From a virus (Duplodnaviria; Caudoviricetes), in IMG/VR virus record IMGVR_UViG_3300010047_000010, positions 1 to 25,345 of that record: a stretch of 25,345 bases of DNA. One strand, given 5' to 3'. The notes under the pieces are model-generated. The model was given only the letters and a program-made list of their open reading frames with translations. It was not told the DNA's origin and ran no database searches. This document shows, piece by piece, positions 16,199 through 24,898 of this stretch. The stretch's first letter is position 1, and every line of letters starts with the position of its first letter. Position numbers and translations under genes: made by a program.

Positions 16199-17752
16199 AT
16201 GGCTGTCGCGATCAGTCCAGTAGAACCGCCTCCAAGGCTGCACTGGTCAGGGGGTGGTGGCGGGGGATCGTCGCCGGGAGTGCAGGATTACATCCAGGGA
16301 CTGCAGATGCTGGGCGGGATCCTCGCGCTCCCGCGTAGCGCGCAGTACGCACAGGAAGATGTGCTGCAGAAGCGGGCGATGCTCAGGGACACGGGGCTGA
16401 CGGAGGCCGAGATCAACAAGATGCTCCCCGATGCGCCGATGGGCTGGCTCCGACCCGGCGAAGGCGTTGGCGGGAAGATCCTCGGTGGGGTCGGAGACGT
16501 CGGCGCGCTCCTCTCCACCATCGCGGGGCAACCCATCGGGCCCCCGCGTGCGTCGATCTCGGAACTCGCGGCGGCATCGAAGATGCGCAAGGAGTTCAAG
16601 CAGCAGAATGCCTACGAGGCACTCGCGGCATCCGTGGAGAAGGATGACCCCACCGGGGCTGCACTCATCAGGGCCGGCAACGTCGATGCCTACGGGCGGC
16701 GGTCTGCAGCGCAACTCGCTCATCCGCCGGGCGAGTTCGGCAAGAGCGAAGAGGGTTTGTACACGAAGCTTGCATGGCTGAAGAAAAACAAGCCCGACAG
16801 CCCGGAGATCCCCGCGCTCGAGCAAGGAATCAAGGACTACGAGGCGCGCCATCCGGTTCCCCCACCCCCGGAGAAGAAGATCCCTCCGGCCGAGGCGTGG
16901 CAGCAGCGGCACGACGTGATGATACAGGCGCGGCAGAAGGAGGCAGGGAACTACGGCTACAAGCCGGGGACGCCGGAGTACAACTACTACATGCAGCACG
17001 GATTCGGCCCACCCGCTGGACGAGGAGCCGACAAGGATCTCGACTACAACTACTTCTTCAAGCAGGCACTCGCTGCGGAGAAGCAGCGTGCGGCGGGCAT
17101 GGGCGACGTGCCGAACATGGACAACGTGAAGACGACCGCCGACGCTGCATGGCAGGCCTACCAAGAGAAGCACGGGTCGAAGGGCGGTACGACACCACCG
17201 CAGACGCCGACGCCGCCGACGGGCCCGCCGCAGCCGCCTGCACCGCGTCCGGAAGCAAAAGCTCCTGCGCCTTCCTACAACGAGCCGCCGCCGCGCGAAC
17301 CGGGTACGCCGACCACGTCAGCACCTCCAGCCGCCACCTCAGAAACGCCGACGTCGTCACCCACCGCGCAGGCCGTGCAGGGGCTCGCGACGGCGTTCCG
17401 CACCGAATTCGGAGCAGGCGGAACTCAGCTGCAGCCTGCGGAGCTCGCCGGTCGCTATCCGGAGTTCTGGCGTGCCGCGGGCCTTGAGGGGCTTGAGGGG
17501 ATCAGCAGCGCGCAGCTCGCGGACCTCCTCTCGGACCCGACACGGATCCCTGCCTTCCGCGAGCAACTGCGCGCGCCGCAGCAGCAGGGCGCGCCAGAGC
17601 AAGGTCTTCCACAGATGACCAGCGAGAAGACGGGGAACCCCATGTCCGATGCGGGCGTGCGCGAGTTCCTCGCATTGCAAGCGGAGATCAAGGCGGGCGC
17701 GACGAAAGACCGACAGGCGCAGATCGCCATCCGACTGCACCAGCTCGAGTAG
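16199..17752 (+). CDS. Probable internal virion/ejection protein (517 aa, T7 gp15 position)
   Basis: SD GAGGA; helical segments with Pro-rich linkers and a GYKPGTPEYNYY motif; precedes the largest gene. Confidence 0.65.
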   Translation: MAVAISPVEPPPRLHWSGGGGGGSSPGVQDYIQGLQMLGGILALPRSAQYAQEDVLQKRAMLRDTGLTEAEINKMLPDAPMGWLRPGEGVGGKILGGVGDVGALLSTIAGQPIGPPRASISELAAASKMRKEFKQQNAYEALAASVEKDDPTGAALIRAGNVDAYGRRSAAQLAHPPGEFGKSEEGLYTKLAWLKKNKPDSPEIPALEQGIKDYEARHPVPPPPEKKIPPAEAWQQRHDVMIQARQKEAGNYGYKPGTPEYNYYMQHGFGPPAGRGADKDLDYNYFFKQALAAEKQRAAGMGDVPNMDNVKTTADAAWQAYQEKHGSKGGTTPPQTPTPPTGPPQPPAPRPEAKAPAPSYNEPPPREPGTPTTSAPPAATSETPTSSPTAQAVQGLATAFRTEFGAGGTQLQPAELAGRYPEFWRAAGLEGLEGISSAQLADLLSDPTRIPAFREQLRAPQQQGAPEQGLPQMTSEKTGNPMSDAGVREFLALQAEIKAGATKDRQAQIAIRLHQLE

Positions 17753-20700
17753 ATGGCAACGCCCAGCGAGATCATGTGGGGGACGGCTGGGCCCACGCCA
17801 AAGCCCGAACGCCCTCCGACGCCGACCGAGGTGATGACGGGGAAAGCCCCGCCACCTACGGAGGTGAAACCTCCTGAACCGGAGCAGGAGCCGCTCACGC
17901 GGACGGAGAAGGTGCTGCTCACCGGAGCGCGCGTCGTGCCGCCCATCGTTGCCGGCATCGTCTCTGCACCACTCGGACCCCTTGAGCCAGTCGTCACGGC
18001 TGGCGTCGGCGCGGGTTCTGAGTACCTCGCGCAGAAGTACGAGACGAGTCGCGGCGCGCGGAAGGAAGTCAGCCCAGGAAGTGTCGCGCTGGCAGGTGGA
18101 CTCTCCATCATCCCTGGTGCGAAGTTTGCCGGTGTAGAGGCCCCGCTTGCTCGCGCCGGACTGCGCGTCGGTGAAGGTGCAGTGATCGGCACCGGGGCCA
18201 CGACGGCACAGACCCTCGTCGAGGAAGGACGCCTTCCGACGCCCAGCGAACTCATGTGGGGTGCCGGGACCGGAGCCGCCTTCGGAGCTGCTGGTGGCGC
18301 GTTCGAGGCGGCGACCGGTAGAGGCCGCGCCGCCCCGCGCGTCGAAGGCAAGCCCGCCGAGGTGAGCGTCGAGGGACGACCGGCACCGAAGGAGGTCGCA
18401 GAGGCTCCGAAGGCACCGGCAGAGGGTGAGCAGCTCTCCTTCGAGACGCCCTCCTACCAAGCCGTGCCGAAGGTCGAGCCGCCGAAGCCGCCACTCGAGC
18501 GTGCGGAGCCGACGCCGGAACCGGGGCGGTTCGAGCAGCCGTCCTTCCGGCGGGTGCCGGGGCTGCACGAAGCGGCCTACGGTGAGAAGGTCACACCCGC
18601 CCGCCCGCGCGATTCGGAGCGTCTCGCGGGGGAGATCGACGCCGTCGACCGGCAGTTCGCGCATCTGCCCGAAGAATCCCGCAACGTGCTCAAGCAAGTG
18701 AAGCTCGACCTAGCGGAAGACACCGCGTGGCGAGCGCGCGAGACGCAGCCGGTACAGCGCACGATGGATCTCGCGGACGAGCTGTCTTTCGATCCGAAGG
18801 TCGCTGCGGAGAAGGCGCGCGGGGAGACGTGGAAAGCCGAGGAGCACTACGCCGCCGGCTCACACATCGCGGACATCCTCGACGACATGCAGCCGCTCGC
18901 GGAGCATGTCGTGGCCAATCCCGACGACCTCGCCGCCCAGCTGCAACTCAAGAAGAAGCAGACTGAACTCGTCTACTCCGTCAGCGCGTTTGAGAGCGCG
19001 AAGGCCGAGACGGGACGTGCGCTGAACATCCTGAAGTACCAGATGACGGCGCTCCGGAAAGGCGATCCGGGGCTGATCAAGGCGGCGCTGCGCCGTGGTG
19101 CAGACGCTGGCGAGATCCTCCGGATCATGCAGCTCCCGACCGACGCGGAGAAGATGAAGGCGCTCGTGGCGCTCCAGAAGCCGACGTGGGGCCAGACGGC
19201 CCGGAGCTTCTGGATGTCGAATCTGCTCGCGGGGCCGAAGACGTTGATCCGGAACACCATCGGCAACATCATGCCGCCTGTCCTGGATATCGTGACGACC
19301 CCGCTCGCGGCGGGAATCGAGAAGCTGCGCGGTGTACGGCTCGCGGAGCGCCAGACGTTCGCGGGCGAGGTGCCCTCCAAGTTCGCGTCACTCAAGTCGC
19401 GGAAGATCGGCGGGATGCAGTTCGGGCTCCGCGAGGCGCTCCGACAGGCGAGCGAGGTCTTCCATACCGGATACGAGGTCCAGCCCAGCTGGGAGCACCT
19501 GCCGCAACAGCAGTGGTCGGAGCGGGTCTTCCCGAACGTGTCGCCCGGTGTGCGGACGGCGCTCGAGTATCCGGGTCGCGCGCTCGCGGCGACGGACAGG
19601 TTCTTCCGCACCCTCAACTACCACATGGATCTCTTCGGCGGCGCGTACGCGCAGGCGCGACGCGAACTCGGCGCGGAGGCACCCTACGCCGCCGTGAAGG
19701 AGCGGATGACGGATATTCTCTCTCGCCCCTCTGACGAGCTTCTCGCGAACGCGGAGAAGTCTGCGACGCGCCGGGTCTACCAGGAGTCGGGCAAGGTAGA
19801 CGAATGGCTGATGAAGGGGCGCGACATCGGCCCCATGGGATTCGTGATCCCATTCGTTCGCACGCCCGTTGCCATTGTGCGCCAGGGCTTCCAGCTGACG
19901 CCCGCCGGGTTCTCGACCCGGCTCCACGGGACGGCACCGACCGCGCGCATGTCGGCGCAGATCCGGGGCGAGGCCGCGTTCGGCACGCTCCTCATGGGAG
20001 GCCTCGCGATGGGGCTCGCCAACGGACAGATCGTGGTGCACGGCTCTGGCCCGACCGATCCCGTCGAGCGCGACAAGTTCTACCGCGAGGGGCACCGTCC
20101 GAACTCGGTCGAGATCGCGGGGCACAGCATCGGCTACAGCCAGCTGGGACCGCTCGCGGAGCCGATCAGCCTGATGGCGAACTACTTCGATGCCTACCGG
20201 GACGCGCAGGCGAAGGGCGACACGAAAGGCGCTGCTGACATCGCACAGCGGGCGGCGATCGATGGCGGGGGCCGGGCGCTCCGCTCGATCAAGGATCAGT
20301 CCTTCGTGCGCGGCCTCTCGGACCTGAACGACTTCGTCAGTGATCCAGGACGCAAGGGAGTGCGCTTCGCTGGCGGGATGCTCTCCGGAATGATCCCCTA
20401 TTCGGGGGCGGTGCGGTCGGTGACCCAGGCCGTCGATCCGACCCTGCGCCAAGCTGAGACGATACCGGAGTACTTGGAGACGCAGCTCCCCGGCCTCTCG
20501 CAGAACGTCCCGCCCCGGCTACGCGCCACGGGCGAGCCCCTCACGATGGAGCAGGCGGGTGGCGCGCTCGGCCGCGCGCTCCTCCCGACCGACGTCGCGC
20601 GGCTCCAGTCGACGCCCGTCGAGCAGGAGCTCGACAAGCACGGCGTGCGGCTCACCTTCCCGGAGGGCCAAGTCAAGGTGAAGATCGGCGGCGGGAAGAA

Positions 20701-20968
20701 GTCGGAGCCGCTCTCCCGCGAGGACGAGACGACGGTCGCGATGGCGAAGGGGCAGGCGACGATGGCCGCGCTTGATGCACTGATCGCGCAGCCGTCCTAT
20801 CAGAAAGCCGACGAGCGCGTGCAGGAGAAGCAGCTCCAGCGCACCATCGATCTCATGCGCGGCATCGTGCAGCGGCGGGCTGCGGCGGCGCTGATGGCGA
20901 AGCGTCCGCTGACGGTTGATGACCTGATGCCGCCCGTCGTCAGGAAAGGTGCTGCTGCTGCCCGGTGA
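17753..20968 (+). CDS. Large internal virion/ejection protein (1071 aa, T7 gp16 position)
   Basis: Last and largest gene of the virion operon. Gly/Ala amphipathic N-terminal region; motifs ATDRFFRTLNY, IPFVRTPVAI, GSGPTDP...RPNSV...YSQLGP and IPYSG...VDP are typical of the C-terminal part of podovirus large internal proteins. Confidence 0.75.
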   Translation: MATPSEIMWGTAGPTPKPERPPTPTEVMTGKAPPPTEVKPPEPEQEPLTRTEKVLLTGARVVPPIVAGIVSAPLGPLEPVVTAGVGAGSEYLAQKYETSRGARKEVSPGSVALAGGLSIIPGAKFAGVEAPLARAGLRVGEGAVIGTGATTAQTLVEEGRLPTPSELMWGAGTGAAFGAAGGAFEAATGRGRAAPRVEGKPAEVSVEGRPAPKEVAEAPKAPAEGEQLSFETPSYQAVPKVEPPKPPLERAEPTPEPGRFEQPSFRRVPGLHEAAYGEKVTPARPRDSERLAGEIDAVDRQFAHLPEESRNVLKQVKLDLAEDTAWRARETQPVQRTMDLADELSFDPKVAAEKARGETWKAEEHYAAGSHIADILDDMQPLAEHVVANPDDLAAQLQLKKKQTELVYSVSAFESAKAETGRALNILKYQMTALRKGDPGLIKAALRRGADAGEILRIMQLPTDAEKMKALVALQKPTWGQTARSFWMSNLLAGPKTLIRNTIGNIMPPVLDIVTTPLAAGIEKLRGVRLAERQTFAGEVPSKFASLKSRKIGGMQFGLREALRQASEVFHTGYEVQPSWEHLPQQQWSERVFPNVSPGVRTALEYPGRALAATDRFFRTLNYHMDLFGGAYAQARRELGAEAPYAAVKERMTDILSRPSDELLANAEKSATRRVYQESGKVDEWLMKGRDIGPMGFVIPFVRTPVAIVRQGFQLTPAGFSTRLHGTAPTARMSAQIRGEAAFGTLLMGGLAMGLANGQIVVHGSGPTDPVERDKFYREGHRPNSVEIAGHSIGYSQLGPLAEPISLMANYFDAYRDAQAKGDTKGAADIAQRAAIDGGGRALRSIKDQSFVRGLSDLNDFVSDPGRKGVRFAGGMLSGMIPYSGAVRSVTQAVDPTLRQAETIPEYLETQLPGLSQNVPPRLRATGEPLTMEQAGGALGRALLPTDVARLQSTPVEQELDKHGVRLTFPEGQVKVKIGGGKKSEPLSREDETTVAMAKGQATMAALDALIAQPSYQKADERVQEKQLQRTIDLMRGIVQRRAAAALMAKRPLTVDDLMPPVVRKGAAAAR

Positions 20969-21068
20969 CGCGCGCCCGGCGCGCACTCCGCGCGACCCAC
21001 CATTCCCACACCCCCAGCACGAGGCCGACGCTCACCCAGGCGAGCACGATGTCGCAGATCGTGATCAT
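20940..21068 (-). CDS. Small single-TM membrane peptide (42 aa)
   Basis: MITICDIVLAWVSVGLVLGVWEWWVARSARRARVTGQQQHLS; ATGA overlap with the upstream gene; hydrophobic helix followed by an Arg-rich tail. Confidence 0.5.
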   Translation of the reverse strand: MITICDIVLAWVSVGLVLGVWEWWVARSARRARVTGQQQHLS

Positions 21069-21268
21069 CGGGCGGGCCCAACCCGAACCCCACGCGCGAT
21101 CTCGAACAGGCCGAAGACCTGGAGCAGCCAGAGCACCACGGCAACGACGACGACGATGTTGATGATGCGGAGGATCTTCGGATCGATGATCGACCCGGCG
21201 TACGTGTTCAGTGCCCAGAGCAATACCCCGATCACAACGAGGACCACGACGAGCTGGATGAGCTCCAT
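21065..21268 (-). CDS. Two-TM membrane protein, Thivi_2564-like family (possible holin-like)
   Basis: MELIQLVVVLVVIGVLLWALNTY...KILRIINIVVVVAVVLWLLQVFG matches the pattern of this small membrane family. Confidence 0.75.
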   Translation of the reverse strand: MELIQLVVVLVVIGVLLWALNTYAGSIIDPKILRIINIVVVVAVVLWLLQVFGLFEIARGVRVGPAR

Positions 21269-21271
21269 GGG

Positions 21272-21670
21272 TCACTTCCCGATGCTCGTCGCGGTCACGG
21301 TCACGCTGCACCCCGTACACGCGGTGACGTTCGCGCGGTAGCTGCAGCCCGGCGACGTGATGGTGACGAGCCCGCCGCCGACGGCCAGCGTGGTGGAGGT
21401 GTTCGCGAGCGAGATCCAGTTGGTCGATGTGCCGCCGCTCTGGATGCACGTCTGCTGGATCTCGACGGTCGCGGTGCCCGCGCCGTTCACGGTCTGGAAG
21501 GTGGCCGCGCCACGCCGCCCGCTCACCCCGAAGCTGGCCTCGTTCGCGCTTGCCCCGGTCGCTGCCTGTGCCGTAGCCAGCGTGCCCTGGCCCACCGCGG
21601 TCATGTCGAGGACGGCAGCGGATGCCGACGCGGCGATGAGGAGTATCCCGATCACTGCAGTGCGAAGCAT
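21272..21670 (-). CDS. Secreted beta-rich protein with signal peptide and four Cys (132 aa)
   Basis: SD AAGGAGG then ATG at 21670; MLRTAVIGILLIAASASA has n/h/c regions and an A-x-A cleavage site; mature part is Thr/Ala/Gly/Val-rich. Confidence 0.75.
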   Translation of the reverse strand: MLRTAVIGILLIAASASAAVLDMTAVGQGTLATAQAATGASANEASFGVSGRRGAATFQTVNGAGTATVEIQQTCIQSGGTSTNWISLANTSTTLAVGGGLVTITSPGCSYRANVTACTGCSVTVTATSIGK

Positions 21671-22506
21671 GGTTTGTCCTCCTTCGGCGGTTGCGCGTGA
21701 ATGATCGCGGGTCGAACCCACCGTCGTTGAAAGGCGTGCCACTCGACGCCGGGTCGGTAGCGGATCTGCGAGGGATGCTCCGGTCGCCAGAGCATCGCCA
21801 TCGGGGTGAAGCCAATGGTGCGGATGGCGTGGAGCCGGGTGGTCGCCTGCTCGCGCGTGTCTTTCGGGTAGCCGATGAGCACGTAGCAGCGCAGCCGATG
21901 GCTGGCCCGTGAGAAACCGGCGGCGAGCAGGCGGCGCGCTGCGGACTCGAGCGTCTCGAACGCGTCGCCGGGATCGTAGGCGAAGAAACACGTCGGGCGT
22001 GGCGTGAGGCTCGCAAGCAGCTCGACCTGATAGTCCTGGAGGGCGAGCGCCTCGAGGCCTCCGGTGAACGCGACCCGCCGCCCCTGCCGTGCGAGCATGG
22101 CGAAGACCGCACGTACATGGGGTTCCGGGCAGGCAAGCAGGTTGTCATCGAGGATGTTCCACCCGTCCTGGATGGGGAGCAGACGCGGGACCGGATCCCG
22201 CTTCCAGACGCTGCAGAACCAGCAGCGCCGAGGACAGCCACGGGAGGTGAAGGTGTAGCCATGCTTGATGTAGCGACCGGGGACGAACTCTGCACCGGGA
22301 TCGCCGTAGGCGACGCCGCCGATCTCAACGGGTGCAACGTGCCGCCAGCACTCCGCGAGGTGCTCCGCGTACGGCTTGTCGTCGGTGAAGGTGACGCTCA
22401 CATGGACCCGATCCGCCGAGGCGAAGAGATCGGGTGGCCCCACGTAGGCGAGCGCATCGTCGGGCGTCGCACGCGTCCGACGTGGAAAGACGCGGATCAG
22501 TTTCAC
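21652..22506 (-). CDS. Radical SAM protein (284 aa)
   Basis: FTSRGCPRRCWFC (CxxxCxxC), ILDDNLLA, FTGGLEA, FFAYD and CYVLIGY barrel motifs; GTG start at 22506 overlaps the upstream stop (GTGA). Confidence 0.88.
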   Translation of the reverse strand: MKLIRVFPRRTRATPDDALAYVGPPDLFASADRVHVSVTFTDDKPYAEHLAECWRHVAPVEIGGVAYGDPGAEFVPGRYIKHGYTFTSRGCPRRCWFCSVWKRDPVPRLLPIQDGWNILDDNLLACPEPHVRAVFAMLARQGRRVAFTGGLEALALQDYQVELLASLTPRPTCFFAYDPGDAFETLESAARRLLAAGFSRASHRLRCYVLIGYPKDTREQATTRLHAIRTIGFTPMAMLWRPEHPSQIRYRPGVEWHAFQRRWVRPAIIHAQPPKEDKPCFALQ

Positions 22507-23165
22507 GCCGCAAGTTTTTTCATCTGCCGCTCGAGATCGTAGAGATCGCGGAGCCGGAGGAAACTCTCCCATGCGGGGATGAGTGCCTCACCTGGCCACC
22601 AGTGGTGCGAGAAGCCACCGCTCACCTTGTCGAAGCGGCAGCAGTGGATGCCGCCCGTGATCGGCGTGGCCCGCCGGTTGATGTCCCACAAGTGCTGGTA
22701 GGCCGCGAGCTGGATCAGGTACTCGGCGTAGATTCCCTTCGACGTCTTCCAGTCGAGCAGGCAGACGTTGCCCTTGATGCGCCCGACCGCATCGGGTGTG
22801 CCGCCGAAGCGGTAGCCTTCGGAGACGAGATGGATCTCCGTCTCGATCAACTCGATGCGGGTGCCGGTGAACCACTCCTCGAATGCCGAGAAGGACAGGC
22901 CCGCCAATCGGAGATCGTCGGGGCTCGCCGTGGGCGGCGGCACGAAGTCCCGCTTGCGGATGCGCGCCTCGACCATCGCGTGCGCGAGCGTGCCGGCGTC
23001 GGCAGCAGCCTGCTGCGTGTCGCGGTAGTTCCTGCCTTCCTTGCCCTCGGTCCAGGCCCAGTGCATCAGCGCGCCCTTGTTCCACCCCAGCGACGTGCCG
23101 ATCACCGTCGTCACGCCAGGCACCCGCACGCCATTCGCGCGGTACTCAATCGTCGGCATCCTCAC
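22503..23165 (-). CDS. PD-(D/E)XK exonuclease (RecB/Cas4-like phage nuclease)
   Basis: VPGVTTVI, AADAGTLAH, FGGTPD, LLDWKTS and QLAAY motifs; start may be ATG at 23159. Confidence 0.9.
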   Translation of the reverse strand: MRMPTIEYRANGVRVPGVTTVIGTSLGWNKGALMHWAWTEGKEGRNYRDTQQAAADAGTLAHAMVEARIRKRDFVPPPTASPDDLRLAGLSFSAFEEWFTGTRIELIETEIHLVSEGYRFGGTPDAVGRIKGNVCLLDWKTSKGIYAEYLIQLAAYQHLWDINRRATPITGGIHCCRFDKVSGGFSHHWWPGEALIPAWESFLRLRDLYDLERQMKKLAA

Positions 23166-23686
23166 TTCTCCCCACTCACACTGAGTCGTTTCGTCCGCTC
23201 CACGTTCTGATGACAGTTAAAACAGAGCAGCAGGAGTCCGTGATCAGTCTGCGTGCGAATGACGCGCAGATATCGTTCCCATGGTGCGCCGCATCTCTGA
23301 CGCTTTTCCGATGCCTGTCTTATCCGAAACCGCCGATGATGCGCGCCGTTGTTCTTCGTATGCTCGACCGTCAGGAGATGCGCTGTGTCTGGAAGGTGAC
23401 CGACTAGGCAGGGACCGTTTGGATGAACGCTGCAACTGGGGCATGCACAGACAGCACCCAGTGACTCGATGACAAGCATCCGCTGCTTCTGACGATATGA
23501 ACTCCACGGCGGTCGGCGTGCGGGCCGCAGGGGTCGGGCGTTGCGACTGCGGCGATTACGATTCTGACAGGGGCCGCACGTCTTGTAGTAACCGCTGAGC
23601 GGATGCGGCTTAGCCCACCGCACAGCACAGACAGAACAGAGATGCCGGTTCGGGTCCGGCGAGGTGAGTTCCAATAGCATTGTCAC
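23162..23686 (-). CDS. Zinc-finger HNH-like endonuclease
   Basis: CSVC..CGPC N-terminal zinc finger; LGAVCACPSC, LTVEHTKNNGAHHRR and LLLLCFNCH resemble HNH nucleases; visibly lower GC than neighbours. Confidence 0.7.
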   Translation of the reverse strand: MTMLLELTSPDPNRHLCSVCAVRWAKPHPLSGYYKTCGPCQNRNRRSRNARPLRPARRPPWSSYRQKQRMLVIESLGAVCACPSCSVHPNGPCLVGHLPDTAHLLTVEHTKNNGAHHRRFRIRQASEKRQRCGAPWERYLRVIRTQTDHGLLLLCFNCHQNVERTKRLSVSGEK

Positions 23687-24477
23687 CGACGACCTTGATT
23701 TTCAATCCACTCGCAGACCCGCGTGTACGCGTTCCCCTTCCAGGGGATGTGCTCGAGCTGGTCGATGTGCAGTTCTTTTTTGATCTTCTCGAGCGTGCGT
23801 TCCTTCACCGCCGCGGGGGTTTCCCGCGTGCGCTTCGCCGCCTCACCCAGCAGCGCATAGATCCGCTTCACCTTGCCCGTAGAAATACAGTCTGTCGGTG
23901 CAGGTGCGGTCGGCGTAGTATCGGGCGGGAGCTCGTCATCGGCCCACTGCCCCTCGTCCTCTGCCCCCTCGTCCGCTCCGGGCTCCCGCTCGATCTCGTC
24001 GGCAGCGTCCGCTTCCGGATCGTCGCCAGTGGATAGCTGGAAGGCTTTGAGCTGCGCGTACTTCGTCGCGGCGGTGATGGCTTTCATCAGCCCCTTGTCG
24101 CCGGGATCCTGCCCCGACCCCGGCATCTGGAACTCGAGCGTCGCGCCCGTGTCCGCGTCGATGACGAGGTAGCGCATGATCACCGTGGTCACGATCTCCG
24201 ATCGCTGCTGCCGGGTCTGCACCTCGCGCTCGCGGATCTCGACCAGCGACGGGATCATCACCACGCGCGCATCGACCATCGCGTGCCGCACGGCTTCGGA
24301 GACGTCGGCCTCGAGCGCGTAGTCGTAGTTGTGGAACGTGTTGTGCCCGCGCTTGGGCACGGTGGCGACGCTGCCCATTACCTGGACGAGCTTCGCCGCG
24401 AGCCCGCCGAGGTGGTTCGTTGGCGGGGCGACGACCGGGACGGGGCCGAGGGTGAGCGTGTCGCTCAGCTCACTCAT
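23683..24477 (-). CDS. erf: ERF-family single-strand annealing protein
   Basis: VPKRGHNTFHNYDYALEAD and GSGQDPGDKGLMKAITAATKY...FQLSTGDDPEAD are ERF signatures; acidic linker and small C-terminal domain. Confidence 0.88.
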   Translation of the reverse strand: MSELSDTLTLGPVPVVAPPTNHLGGLAAKLVQVMGSVATVPKRGHNTFHNYDYALEADVSEAVRHAMVDARVVMIPSLVEIREREVQTRQQRSEIVTTVIMRYLVIDADTGATLEFQMPGSGQDPGDKGLMKAITAATKYAQLKAFQLSTGDDPEADAADEIEREPGADEGAEDEGQWADDELPPDTTPTAPAPTDCISTGKVKRIYALLGEAAKRTRETPAAVKERTLEKIKKELHIDQLEHIPWKGNAYTRVCEWIENQGRR

Positions 24478-24709
24478 CAGGCGTGTTCTTCAAGCTCGCG
24501 AGGTACTCGTCGAAGGCGATGGGGTCGTAGCGGATGATGCGGGGACTCAGGCGACGGGAGAAGGGATACTTCTGCCACTGCCGTTTGACGTGCTCCTCGG
24601 TGACACCGAGGCGCTCCGCGATCACATCGGCTTTGACGTAGCCCCGCGTCGGGAGCCGCTCACGGGGCAGCGTGACCTCGACGGGAGGGCCGAGACGACG
24701 TCGCTTCAT
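24470..24709 (-). CDS. Excisionase/AlpA-like winged HTH DNA-binding protein (79 aa)
   Basis: YVKADVIAERLGVTEEHV (HTH) followed by wing RRLSPRIIRYDP; first gene of the leftward operon. Confidence 0.75.
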   Translation of the reverse strand: MKRRRLGPPVEVTLPRERLPTRGYVKADVIAERLGVTEEHVKRQWQKYPFSRRLSPRIIRYDPIAFDEYLASLKNTPDE

Positions 24710-24851
24710 GCCTCCCCCGGTACGCCCGTGCCGGGGCAGATGTCAATGCAGAACCGTGCTGCCCTTGCACACACCGCCACAAGCCGTGTATGTCAAACGT
24801 CAAAAGGGTTGACATGTATAACCGGACGGGCGTACAGAGGAGGCACGAAGC
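24703..24851. promoter_or_regulatory. Divergent promoter pair formed by an imperfect ~44-bp inverted repeat
   Basis: TTGACA-N11-ACGGGCGTAC-N3/4-GGAGGCA(T/C)GAAGC on the minus strand (24746-24703) and on the plus strand (24809-24851); extra TGTCAA at 24791 and CGTCAA at 24798 lie between them. Confidence 0.7.
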
Positions 24852-24898
24852 CAGCGCACGCAGATGCCCGTCCCCAGTCCGCGAGGGACCATACCGAC

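Noticed and set aside
13690-17755. Genome-wide stop-codon reassignment suggested by in-frame gene junctions (13692/13702, 15198/15205, 17752/17753; also 5447/5451, 12198/12202)
   Set aside because: These junctions use all three stop codons, other TAG stops (2322, 10691) are followed by out-of-frame genes, and conserved genes are not interrupted under the standard code.
20940-22337. 465-aa and 239-aa minus-strand ORFs as single genes
   Set aside because: Only their 3' ends look coding (42-aa TM peptide from 21068; secreted protein from 21670 with strong SD); the upstream parts overlap the radical SAM gene in other frames.
22503-23165. Cas4 / CRISPR-associated system
   Set aside because: No repeat-spacer array or other cas genes, and no four-Cys Fe-S pattern; context next to erf indicates a recombination exonuclease.
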